Below, one piece after another: positions 1 to 11,861 of a stretch of 64,000 nt of DNA. The stretch comes from Octopus bimaculoides. Its lineage: Eukaryota. The notes under the pieces were generated by a model. That model was not told the DNA's origin and ran no database searches. It worked only from the letters and a program-made list of their open reading frames with translations. The position numbers and the translations under genes were made by a program. The stretch is taken from NCBI RefSeq assembly GCF_001194135.2, contig NC_069001.1, positions 25,945,731 through 26,009,730 on the forward strand. The letters run 5' to 3'. Positions within the stretch are counted from its first letter, which is position 1. Every line of letters begins with the position of its first letter.

Positions 1-1254
1 AGAGAGAGTGTGCGATGTGTGCGTGTGTGTGCGCGCGTTTGAGTGAGACTGTGTGTAAATTGTATGACAAATAAAAAGAAATATATTTGTGGAAATAAAA
101 TTCAATCTCACAAATAAAAGAAAAATATGAACTCGTCATTTTACAAAAGATACGTTGAAATTTATATGCCTGCATGTCTATATAATTTATATATATATAT
201 GTGTGTGTGCGTGTGTGTGTTTGTGTGCGCGTGTCCAGATGTGTGTATATACATGTATATAAATGTTTGTGTGGATACATACATACATTTATGTATACTT
301 ACACTAGAACAACGTAATATCTATGGTAACCCAAAATGTCGTTGAACTTGTGTATTAATCATTTATTGAAAGATGCACTTCAGTGTTTTCCAGCTGTTTT
401 CTACAGATATTCATGCAAGACACAAACGTTCATTGAAGATTTGTTGACCGTTCCAGACATCTAGTGAATTAAGGCACACACAATTAATTGTCCTGCTGAG
501 AATCAAACGCTTATTTACTGCTAAATCTCAGAAATGTTACAAATGAAACCCCCCTCTTCTTTTTCGAAAACATTGAACAAGAAATAAATGAGGCTATAAC
601 GATACACGCATAAATATAAATTTATATTCGTGTAAAACATAATGGTAAATATTTATACTTCATACGTAGCGGTTTGATAAATAGTTAATTGTTTGATATT
701 GCGTGATGACAGATAAGTATTATTGGGTGATGTACGCTATACATCTGTTTTCAGAATATAGGATACCTGATTTCTGACAGGTAGATGAATACTAACAATA
801 CTACTTTAGTGTTTCGTCTAGCAACACATTTAAATGCCCGAGGCAGATTTGGAATAAATCTATGAAACTATCCATCTAGATATTTACACTCTCTATGTAA
901 ATGTGACGTGAATTTTGTATAGCCTGAAGGTTATTGGATATATTGATATAAAGAATTGAAAATGTTAATACAGAATTTGATGTTCAGTTCAGACACTGAA
1001 GATAATCAGTGGTAGGGAATGAAATCAACGACAAAGAGGACCATGAAACACGGAATGTTATTTACGTATTAATTAATTTACGCTTCCATATAAAGCAAAT
1101 CTGCGTAAATAATAAAGATATTTAATACTCTATTTGTAAATTTTAAGATAATTGTTTCTAATAAATGAAAAATACTGAAATTTGAGGAGACCGTTAATCG
1201 ATTACAGTGACTCTAATATTTTACTGTTCCTTCATTTTATTGGAAAGAATAAAT

Positions 1255-1358
1255 GGAATTCAAAGCTGATCCCTGCGTGATTTGTGCTTTGCACGTCCAG
1301 AGAAGCCGCTAAACGGTTTGTCCGGCGTGCTAACGATTCCGCCAGCTCAATGCCTTTA
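1255..1358 (-). mobile_element. SINE family A, 5' fragment
   Basis: ccggcgtgctaacgattccgccagctc matches the reverse complement of the family A head seen in fuller copies (13866-14078, 35387-35607). Confidence 0.6.
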
Positions 1359-2511
1359 TAAATTTTAAAACACTAAAAGCGAAATAATTGTGTTAGTAAA
1401 CATTTCGGTCGCTTGAAATATCTTATAAACTTTTAGCAGATACTAGGAAATAAATTGTATCTTTAATATGGTTAATCTTCTGAAACTTAATTTATAGTTT
1501 CTGCCTCTCTCGGTGTAAAGATATTTTCATTGAAAAATACGCCATAAACTTTCTGAATTGTCTCTCCAAGAACATAAACATTTGTCTGTACGACTTGTTC
1601 GTGATCATATATAATTTAGTGGAATATGAGCAGTAAGTAGACAACAAAATCTTTGTTTATATATATTGTTCAGTAACTGATAACTCATATAAGATGATTA
1701 ATTGGCTTGAGATAATGAACTATTAAAATTGATAGTTTCTTTATTGATTCTTCCTAATAAACTTTCATCCTAGACTGACTGTATTTTTACTAAATGATTT
1801 CATTTTGGGTAGATTCCAAATATAATGTAAATCAATTACCTAGATTTCAACTTCGTTTTTTTTTTATTTGGGGATTTCAGTTGCTTTCACCTTTCCTGTT
1901 ATATACATAGGATTAGCTACCTAATTAATTTATTCAATATTTTCAAATAAATAATTATCCTTTGCATTGTATTTGTTTCACTCATAGATTTGCACTTTTA
2001 CACAAACTGACATAAATTGGTGGTGCACCATATTGTAGATTTTAGGCCATGCTGACGCATCACCTGCAAGGTTTCAGTCCAACAAATCGATCACAATACA
2101 CATTGAAAAACACAATGTCCGATCTTACTTTTCTTTTTTTAAAACAAAATCATTCGGTCTCTCCTGCTAAACGTTTAAGTTACAGGGATGTAAAAAAAAC
2201 TCAGCACCGGTTCTCAATGGGAGAAAACAAACACAAACATGAAGATATTCGGGCATCAACACATGACGCATTGCTGTAAATTAAGATACTGCGGACTTTC
2301 ATAGTGTCTATCTATCAAATTATCTCACAAATGATTAGTCAAACCAGCATTATTGGCGAAAACACACAGGATGTTACGGGGAGGGACTGAAACCGCAACC
2401 AACTATTTGAAAAACGAGCTCCTTAAATTTACAGCCCAACATTTATTTAATACCACTACATTTTTAAATGAAATAATTGTTAGATAAACTAATAGTCATT
2501 TGATTTATTAA

Positions 2512-2580
2512 AAACAGACATCATTTACAGAACACAGAACACAGAGATATTACTCCTTCATGTCTTATGCGTCAAATAAC
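2512..2580 (+). repeat. Dispersed repeat, copy 1 (partner at 5821-5898)
   Basis: aaaaacagacatcatttaca...cagaacaca...gatattac...catgtcttatgcgtcaaat is shared in the same orientation with 5821-5898. Confidence 0.65.
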
Positions 2581-2879
2581 GTTAAGATGTTGTTCGAACT
2601 AGCATCATATTATTCCATAGTATACATTTCACCGAACTTTAGAACCGATCCTCTTGTTAGTATACTAGAATATATTTGCTTAATAATCTGAAATTCTTTC
2701 GCCCACTCTTCTAATTTTAAATGATTTAATTCGGTTCGGTATGGAATTTAGTTTGTCATATATCATCATACTTTGTCCATTGCTTATATCCTTGTTTGTT
2801 TGTGGTGTGTGTGTGTGAGAGAGAGAGAGACAGAAAGAAAAGGAGCCGTGGAGGTGTTGTATACATCTCTGTAGACCTC

Positions 2880-4075
2880 ACACCCCAGGTCTTACTGTCA
2901 TACTCAATTTGTATATGACACACTCTTTGTATACATTCGAAATCGCAATATAGCCATATGCAACACATATCGCCCACCGGATGCTCCAAACCACATAGGA
3001 AAGTTTGATGATTGCCTCACAAGAATTAAAGTAATACTCATGAAACTGGAACACCACGTGAGCGTATTTCTTATGGATGATTTGAAATTCCCCAATGTCG
3101 AATGACTTGAAGGCCACACGCTCTAAGGAGTGACTCATTGCAAACAAGCGCAGGTGGAGTCCCTGCTTAAACTCACTTTTGCACTATTGATGGAGTAAGT
3201 TGTGCTTAGACCAACTAGGGCGAATAACATTTAGCATTTCTGCTTCACAAACAATATAGACATCGTTCATGATGTGAAAGTAACGCCGACATTAGTTTCG
3301 GATAATAACATAATATAGCTGTCTATGTATGGACCAAAAGAAGCCAGAGAATACAGCCTAAAGGAAGCACCCAAGATCTCTCCAATCTGAACTTCCATAA
3401 AGACTGGAAGTCGCTCCAAATAGAGATCTTCATGACTGGCCTAAATATCTCTCCACACCAGTCATTGGCATGAAACTAGAATGTTTCATGTCTGTTATGC
3501 AAACCACATTCCAGAAATATGTCCCAGAGCACAAGGCCAACAAAAAAGGAACAAACATCCAAGTGAGAAGAATATCCTCATGAGACCACGGGTGAAAGTT
3601 GCAAATCGTTTCAGCCAACATTTCAAAAGTAGTGAAAGGTCCCGCCTAAAACAATACCGATAGACTGAAAAAAGCCTGCAACAATCCTATGTGAGGGAGA
3701 AAGCAATCAAACAATCCTGGGTTATAAAAAACATTAAGTCGAACCCAAAGGCCTTCTTCCATTATGCCAAAGAAACATCTTCAGTGCGCTGCAAAATAGG
3801 ATCCTTCGTCCAAAATGATGGCTCCATCATTAATAGCCCAACCACGATCAGTAAGGTACTGAATGACCAGTTCAAAAGTGCCTTTACCTCCTCGTCGGAA
3901 CACAGACAAGGGAACGAACCAGTGGATTTGTTTGCCGCCTCACCTATAACTAACGAGACAGTAACGATGGATTACATCAACATTAACGAAGATCTACTAC
4001 TAACCATAGATGAGGTGAACGCAAACAACTGCTGGTCATAATTTTGTTCCCAGCAATCCTCCTCAAATCATGTAA
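2880..4075 (+). mobile_element. CR1-type LINE ORF2 relic (APE endonuclease to pre-RT linker)
   Basis: Translation gives NTYRPPD, LMDDLKFPNVE* (cf. GDFNFPNIDW), CFTNNIDIVHDVKVTPTLVSDNNI (cf. LDL.FTN...SDH) and KSNPKAFFHYAK...LNDQFKSAFT. It ends near a decayed AGPD.FPAILLKSC-like motif. Several stops and frameshifts. Confidence 0.85.
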
Positions 4076-4180
4076 GCTTGTTTTTACTTTTACTCCTCTA
4101 CCCGCTCATGTTTAAATATCTTGAACACTACGAAGTGTATTCTATATTGAAAATACCTGTCTCTAATCTATCTATCTGTC

Positions 4181-4224
<44 letters not shown>

Positions 4225-4274
4225 AACACACACACACATATGTACATGTTTATGTGTGGGCGTCTTTGTATCTG

Positions 4275-4468
4275 TCTCTCGCCACCGGTTGACAACCGGT
4301 GTTGGTGTTTGACGACCACGTATTGTAGCGTTTCTGCAAAAAGAGACTGACAACATAAATATTTTAAAGAAATATGTTCTTTGGTCGATTTGTTTGATTA
4401 ACACTCGTTATGGTGGTGCCCCCACACGGCCGCAATCAAATGACTAGAACAAGTAAAAGATAAAATGA
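4275..4468 (+). mobile_element. SINE family B, 3' half
   Basis: ttgacaaccggtgttggtgttt...caaaagagactga...gtcgatttg...ggccgcaatcaaatgactagaacaagtaaaaga matches the 3' half of the full copy at 42967-43370. Preceded by (TA)n(CA)n. Confidence 0.7.
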
Positions 4469-4959
4469 TGTGTGTGTGTGTGTGTTTGTTTTGAGGTACC
4501 ATTCTGTAGTGGCAGATATGTTCCTGATATTACAGAGAAACCACTACCTTAAGCGGCAGTGTTTTTATTTTACAGTGGAAAAGTAGATCCCTAGCTTGTA
4601 GCACTTAATTCAGCTCTTCTAGTTTCTACGTGAGCTAAAAGATGAGGTGAAACGCACTATTCTCAATTATACGTCTCAATCCTGTTCAACACCCATTAAT
4701 TCTTACTTCTGGTTATAATAGACTGACGAAAGAAGTAATGCAGTATTGATTATAGATTGGCTTTCGCTAATCCTCTTCGCATGCGTGTATTACTTGAAGG
4801 AGAAGTGGCTGATATAGAGGGAGAGAGAATAAGGGTGTGTGTGTGTACGTTAATGTGTATGAATTTGCATTTTGTCGAGTAGACTTTATTAAATCATAGT
4901 GCTGAGGAGAAATATTGATTTCGACGAATGATTATATATGTTTCTTAATCAGAAATGCC

Positions 4960-5270
4960 TCGCAGTAGTTAGTTACGTCTCTTTAAGTTTCGGAATTCAA
5001 ATCCCGCCAAGGTCAACTTCGCTTTCATCCATCAGGAGTCGACGTAATAATTTATCAATCTGTTCCCAGAAGCAATGGTAACGAGTTACCCTTACGAAGT
5101 AAAATTACTATTCGCAGCTTCAATTAAAAATCATCCAAAGGCAAAGAGATGTTAAAATCATTAATACATATTCGTGGTATTACTTTCAGGTTTTTACGCT
5201 TTGAGTTCAAATTCCGCCGTGGTCAGTTGTGCTTTCATGATTTTGCATAAAATAAAGTAATATACTTGTC
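4960..5270 (+). mobile_element. Two degenerate SINE family A core fragments
   Basis: ttcaaatcccgccaaggtcaacttcgctttcatcc and gagttcaaattccgccgtggtcagttgtgctttcat both match the family A core. Confidence 0.55.
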
Positions 5271-5820
5271 ACCTACTGTCAGAATAATGGACTAATCCCC
5301 GTCTCCTCAGAATAGCTAGCAATAAATGACGAATTGCGTTGCAGAAGCTCAGCCACATTTCGTCCTGTCCTGTTCAGGTATGTTTCGCCTATAATCTATT
5401 CTTAGTCGATGAAATACGTACCAATTAATCGTTGGAGTTATCAAGTATCCATTTCTAAAATGTTGTCGACCTTGTACCAGAATTAGAAACTAGAATTATT
5501 ATTTTTATTAAAGCTTTCTTTATTCAGAATCTTTAGCGCGCTTTTCTAAAATTCGTATATACCGTTCTATTCTTGTTTGAAAATCTACCATAGTCGACTT
5601 AGACTTTCGTTCTACTGTCTCTTCTTCGAAAGTCTTATACATTAATACAATATTTATTAATCATTAATACAACTAATGTTAAATACAGTTAACCATGTTA
5701 GAAACCATCGTTACCATTTTTACGGGCAGAAAGTGTGGTGGGTTAAAGCATAGCTCCGTAACATTTTTTCACTTACGGTACACATATATTCTTCCCAAAA
5801 TTCGGCGGTACACCCGAATT

Positions 5821-5898
5821 AAAAACAGACTTCATTTACATTTCTGTAACAGAACACAAAGGGATATTACCTCTCCATGTCTTATGCGTCAAATGACG
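5821..5898 (+). repeat. Dispersed repeat, copy 2 (partner at 2512-2580)
   Basis: aaaaacagacttcatttaca...cagaacacaaagggatattac...catgtcttatgcgtcaaat. Confidence 0.65.
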
Positions 5899-6293
5899 CA
5901 TATACAAAACCATTGGTGGTTATGTTTTCGTTCGTATAACAATCAGAAAGTCCACCAGGCCACAGTTTTACCCATGACTGGTGAAGATATTAAAGCAAAC
6001 TTTCTCTTAGATACATTTCATATGAATACACCAATTCACCGACTTTAATATATCTTTTGGTTGTCCGTACAATAAATACCAGTAGAAAACAAGAAATGTC
6101 TACATTCTTTTATCGCAATAATTGTCTCGCAGAGACTTGTTATTACAGGCGTCATATTTCTTCAATTAAAACTGTAAAGTGAGTAGCGTTTTTCATACAG
6201 TGCGACTAGATGTTTTAATCTTCGTCATTAATGCAATAAACACACTCTCAGACTCGTACATATCTACACACATCTCTCTCTCCTATGTATGTG

Positions 6294-6330
<37 letters not shown>

Positions 6331-6958
6331 AGGCATATAAATATTCGTACATGCATACATATGCACAGATATATATTCGTATACAAATGTGTATATACAA
6401 TTCTATATACTTGTGTGTGTGTGTGTGTGTGTGTGTATATACATATATATATATATATTGTTCAAAAAACAAAATCAAATTAATAAAGAGCGATAAAGTA
6501 AATAACTACAGAATATAAATGTACGAACCATCACAAATATAATTAAATTAATAGTGTCTGAAAGATATAATAGGCAGAACTATTTACAAAATGATGTTTG
6601 CCAGAAAGTAACACTGGCGACAAACATTCAGAGAAATTATAACTTATTTGAAGCAGTATTTCGTGTTTCGAATTTGCACAAAGTAAAAATCGATGAAAGC
6701 TCCTGTCGGCGGCAAATGATAAATTTCTGGCTATTCTTCATTGTTCCAGGCTAAAATCAATGAAATACACCGAAACAGAATATTTTGTGGCGATGTGCGT
6801 TGAAACCTACAAAGTATAATTTGAAATGAGTCAAAAGTCGTCTTTAAATGCATTGAGTTAAACTTTGAAAAACACCACAAATTTCCACAAACGTTTTTTC
6901 TTGTCATAGACACTGGCCAGACATAGCTGTGTAGTGAAGAAACTCGATTTAGACCCAC

Positions 6959-7008
<50 letters not shown>

Positions 7009-7809
7009 CGGTCTATCCACAAATTACCACTCCACCAAATTCATTCTCATAGCATTAATCAAGCTACAGTAGAAGATAATTGTAATAGTGACAAGTGACT
7101 TTCGCAACCAAATCGTTACTAATCCGTGTATTTAATCTACTCTTTTCGACGGATTACATTGTGAAGCTATGGATCTTATGAAGCTCAGACTAGTGGTTCA
7201 ATTCTAGCCGTGGTAGTAAGTTGTGTTCTTGAACAAAATTCATCTTTTCATGCTCTTCAGTCTCTTTAGCAGAAATTAGTACCTGACTTGTGAGTGGAGA
7301 AATTCTTTTGCTCAATACATGTCACAGTTTCGAATTATATGCCATCAATCCTATTAATTTGTTAACAACGGCTAGGATTTAGCTTATCTTTGAGGCTAAG
7401 TAGGGTCACCAGAATAGTTCGTGTGGCGTGTCAGTGCCCTGTGAGATTTTGTGGTCAGAATGTAAATCGAGATAACTCGATTTCAATGTGGTGAACGTAG
7501 GGCAAAATAAAATGTACTGAGTTACATTTTGTGTGTCTTTACAAATGAAGTTATTAGGTATGTGGCAAACTTAATTTACATATACGAATTCTTTAGACGA
7601 AGATGGAGCAAATATAAAAGTTGTTTCTATATGAATATGGCTCGCATTTACAATTCGGTGAGCTGGGTACGCCGATGGTTTCCAACCTACAACAATACTT
7701 ATTTTCTACGACCTAACGAGGGTTTAGCTGGGAAATGTTGCCTATTTTCCTTCAAAATTATATCTGAAGAAGGAAAGGTGCAGTGACTAATATATTTATT
7801 TAAAAACCA

Positions 7810-7950
7810 TGGTTTCAAATTTTAGCACAAGGTATGTAATTCCGAGGAGTTGATCAGTTGATTTTATCGACCCCTGTACTCAAATGTTAATTATTTTATA
7901 GACACCTGAATCTATGAAATGCAAAGCCAACCTCGGCAGAATTTAATCCA
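7810..7950 (-). mobile_element. Degenerate SINE family A fragment
   Basis: ggtttcaaattttagcacaagg...ttatcgacccc...gcaaagccaacctcggcagaattt resembles the reverse complement of the family A body. Confidence 0.5.
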
Positions 7951-9336
7951 TGACAAAATGTTAAAACATAACAGAACTACTTTGTAGAGTTTAGAATACA
8001 ATGTGTTGTTATTGGCTTTGACGCTCTATGTTCCGATTTCAAACGTCACAGAGATCAACTTTGCCTTTTATCTTTCGGTGGTATATAGATTAATATATGT
8101 ACCAGTAATATTTCTACTTCTTCTACAACCACAAATTCAGCCGCCACTTTTTCTCTATCTTTCTCTGATGGAGAAAGCGGCCTTGTTCAAATTTTGAAAC
8201 AAGATCTACCACAATACAAATGATATGTAGCGACACAACGGCGTCAGATTTACACCGTCAGCGTTTGTGTATGTAAAGCAAATTACACAAGTCCGAAAAT
8301 AACGGATATTCGTGTTTGGAATTCCTTTGTTTCTGTCCTTTACTACATGGGCTGACCTGGCGTTAACCACTACAATGTATGTAGTTGTGTTTGGTGTGTA
8401 TGTTAGTTTGGCAAAGAAGTGTCTAAACTAAGATACAAATCGAAAACTCAAGGGAAATATGTTCGTGAACAATTCTTGTATTAGTATCTTTGCTTCTTGT
8501 TTCACATTTATGTCTTATAACTATTTATTTAAGAGGTGACTGAGTAATATAATGTAGAATGAATGAAATAAATTTAAATATCAGTGTCAATTCAATAAAA
8601 TATAATTCCTCATCAAACATTACGATCATGTGACAGAACTACACACATGATTAATGTTACAATATTTTTATTGGTGTTGTCTAGAACAAGGTCAGACTCG
8701 ATTGAGCAGACATCTGATCAAAGGTATTCCAGCCAGCTGTAACCATTCCAATCCAAGTTGGATAAAGTATTATTCTAGTCGACTACTACTGGAGATGGTT
8801 CTAACGATTAAAGCCTACTCCTCACAAACGAGTTCGCTATTGTCGCTATAATTATTATTAATGTTGATTAATTAAATTCGAAATCAAGACAGATCAATCA
8901 ATCATTTACTGTCCACAGAGAGGTTAATACGCACACTTAGCTTTACATTTGTCATAGTGTCTTAACTACACGCAAGAGTGTGCACATATGCTCCTACACT
9001 CTTATGTATGCTCACACGCAAACAATATATGTGTAAACAGTGATGCAGAGGACATGAGATATATCGTGTGAAGCATTTCAAGTTTGTAGTGGGCTGTCAG
9101 TTTACGAGGAAAGAATTCACATGAACCATTCATCTCTTCGTTATGTTAAGAATATATTTCTGCATTTGTGTGTTTAAGTGTGTTCCATAAATAAATGCTT
9201 AACCCTTTGTATTAACCCAAAGCATTGGCATGAGCTTGTATTGAGCATCCCTATTTGTTCTAAGAATTTCGCTAAACTTTATAACATATACATTATTTAC
9301 ATTTGACGGATATTTGTCCTCATCTAGTTTGTTGTT

Positions 9337-9382
9337 AATACAACGTTTCGGGTAATATACCCTCCAGCCTTCATCCGGTGTC
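9337..9382 (-). ncRNA. Degenerate hammerhead ribozyme motif (core CGGAUGA, U4 to G)
   Basis: Minus strand reads gacac-CGGATGA-a-ggctggagggtatattaccc-GAAACGTT-gtatt. It is the mirror of the intact copy, with a mutated core and weakened stems I and II. Confidence 0.6.
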
Positions 9383-9521
9383 TTGGGGGAAATTTCGAAC
9401 CCGGGTTCTCATTCCTTTTTACTGTTATTGTTATTCAGGTCACCTGAACAACAATAATAATAATAATAATAACATCGAAAGATACTTTAGGAATGAGAAC
9501 CGAGGTTCGAAATTTCCCCAA

Positions 9522-9569
9522 AACACCTGATGAAGGTTGGAGGTTATATATCAGCCGAAACGTTGTGTT
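9522..9569 (+). ncRNA. Minimal type-I hammerhead ribozyme motif with palindromic stem III
   Basis: AACAC (stem I) - CTGATGA (9527-9533) - A - GGTTGG/TCAGCC (stem II, 10-nt loop) - GAAA (9557-9560) - CGT - T - GTGTT (stem I). Stem III is the palindrome ACGT. Predicted cleavage is after the GUU triplet, at 9564/9565. Confidence 0.75.
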
Positions 9570-9888
9570 AACAACAAACAAGATGAGGACAAATATCCGT
9601 CAAATGTAAAAAAATTAACATAATTCCCCATCTCTTAAATATAGAACAGTATTTTATAACATATATTCTGAGTATAGTAAAGCTTTCCTTTTTAAGTATA
9701 TATTCTAAAACGTACCTTAGATAGAAGCGAAACCCTATTTCTTACAATGGGGGAATTTGTGCAAATTGGTAGGCTAGTCTGCAAGAGACAATGAAAGAAA
9801 ATAGTTGTAGACTGTGGCACACTGATTTATACTGGAAAATAATGTTAATAGGTTCAAGTACATGGAGGTTACTCAAACACTTAATACA

Positions 9889-10036
9889 GCGTTCAAATTC
9901 CGCCGAGGTCGACTTTACCTTTCATCCTTTCGGGATCGATATATTTAGTACTAGTTCTGTACTGGGGTTGATCTAATCCACTGACCCCCGTCCCACCAAA
10001 TCTCGGGCCTTGTTCCTAGAGTAGAAAAGAATATTA
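9889..10036 (+). mobile_element. SINE family A, 5'-truncated
   Basis: ttcaaattccgccgaggtcgactttacctttcatcctttcggg...ctggggttgatctaatc...ggccttgttcctagagtagaaaagaatatta. Confidence 0.8.
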
Positions 10037-10134
10037 CATTTGGTTTTTCTGTTGATAGAATAATGGGTTACACGTCATTTGATGAATTTTTATATTTTGA
10101 GACACTCGATTATCACTTCCAGTGATTTTGCGTG

Positions 10135-10332
10135 TTTACTTTTACTTGCTTCAATCATTTAACTGTGACCATGCTGGAGCACCGTCTTTAATCGAACGGA
10201 TCCATCCCAGGATTTATTCTTTGTAAACGTCGTACTTATTCTAATAGGTGTCTTTTGCCGAACTGATACGGGTACGTAAACACCAACATTGGTTGTCAAG
10301 CAATAGTGAGGAGGGTATAAACACAAACACAC
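10135..10332 (-). mobile_element. SINE family B, 3' half
   Basis: tcatttaactgtgaccatgctggagcaccg...tcttttgccgaact...gtaaacaccaacattggttgtcaagc is the reverse complement of the family B tail. It abuts (TA)n(TG)n. Confidence 0.75.
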
Positions 10333-10335
10333 AAT

Positions 10336-10381
<46 letters not shown>

Positions 10382-10781
10382 ATACATACATACGTTAACT
10401 TTTCATACTTCCACGTTCCAATCCATATGATATATTCCGATCAAAGTTTTCCACTTAATCGATAGCAAAGAAAATGAAGCTTTCTAAACTATTCGCTCGC
10501 TAACTCATCTATACTGTTTATAAAGTTATGTATCCATGCTGGACAGTTATACGTAAGACAGTTTGCTTCTATCATCAGATGCTTAATCTTACCCATCAGC
10601 ACCTAGTGGTATTTGAACTCCTAACAGGAGAAGCTATAACGGATGCCAGAATACACCCGATTTCTTAACACATCCCAATTGATTCTCTGTTTACTGAAAA
10701 TATAAGACGTAATACGGATGTTTCAGCAATAAAAAAAAAAAATCGGCATTTTATCAATTCAAATTTGGTTAAGCCCATATT

Positions 10782-10988
10782 AAAGCGGTGAGCTGGCAAA
10801 ATCAAAATCATTGGCATCCATGGCGAATAGTGTAGCGGCATTCTCTTTTACGTTCTGTCTTGTTTTATGTTCTGCTGCCAATGTCGACTTAACCTTTCAT
10901 TCACGTGTGTTCGAGGTACTGGGTTTCTATTGTTGACTAGCCTTCATCCCGAAAATGTCAGGCCTTGTGGCTATCATTAAAAGGATTT
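10782..10988 (+). mobile_element. SINE family A, near full length, diverged
   Basis: Head gcggtgagctggcaaaatc and tail tcaggccttgtggctatcattaaaaggatt. Confidence 0.7.
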
Positions 10989-11799
10989 TAATCCTATGAA
11001 GTAATGCATGTATTTTTGCCAGTTAGCCTTTACAGTTTTGACTCACCTATTGATAAAAACGTGCGGGTCTCTGCTTATGCTAAAAAGAACAATATTCGGC
11101 CAATGTGCCATAGGGTCGCAGTTATAGGGACGAAGACCACGGGTTCAAATTGTGTCTAGTCCCAGAATGGTGTTCATGTTAACGATATCTGAAACAGACA
11201 ATTGTATATAGTATCGATATCGAATCCTTTTTATATGTTACAGGTATGTTTCTGCTTGTATTCTATTTTAATACCTTTCGTCTAATAGAAACAGCCCAAT
11301 TAATACTAGCAATTTGAGCTGCGATGTTTTTCACTAATGTTAATTTGCCACAAGGGCAAGACGAAGATAACTTTACTATGCAGAATAATTTAATACAATT
11401 CTGTTTGATGTCATACACAGAAAAAAATAATAAAATACAAATGTATACGTGTGTGTGTGTGTGTGTGTGTATAATTATGTCTGTGACTGAACGAATGTGT
11501 ACGTGAGAGAATTGTCCCCGAAGACAATACAAATTTGTAATTATTAATACATGCTGATAAGTGATATTCTAGGATTGCTCCTGTGATATTTTTTACCAGT
11601 TCTTTGTATATGGACTTCTTTATTCCCGTTTTCTTCTTTTTTCGTTCTCTTTATTCTTCATCTTTTCGTTTTCTTCTTCTCCTTCGTTTTCATCTCCCTT
11701 CCCTTCTTCGTTTTCTTTTCTGTTTTGTTCTTATTTTTCGTCCTTATTTTTAGTATCTTATATTCTTTTATCTGTGCTTGCTTTAATATCGCCTTAATT

Positions 11800-11816
11800 A
11801 TTATTAGTATTATTAG

Positions 11817-11861
<45 letters not shown>

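Larger units (their letters stand above)
9296..9610. mobile_element. 315-bp palindrome: head-to-head inverted pair of hammerhead-bearing, PLE-pLTR-like units
   Basis: Arm 9296-9416 is the reverse complement of arm 9489-9610 with few mismatches (tttacatttgacggatatttgtcctcatct...gaaatttcgaac...ttctcattcct). An inner IR ttattgttattcaggt/acctgaacaacaataa is centred on 9441. Only the (AAT)n spacer region is asymmetric. Confidence 0.85.

Noticed and set aside
6553-6900. Possible Tc1-like transposase N-terminus (MKYTETEYFVAMCVE...)
   Set aside because: The resemblance is weak, with stops, no catalytic motifs and no paired TIR.
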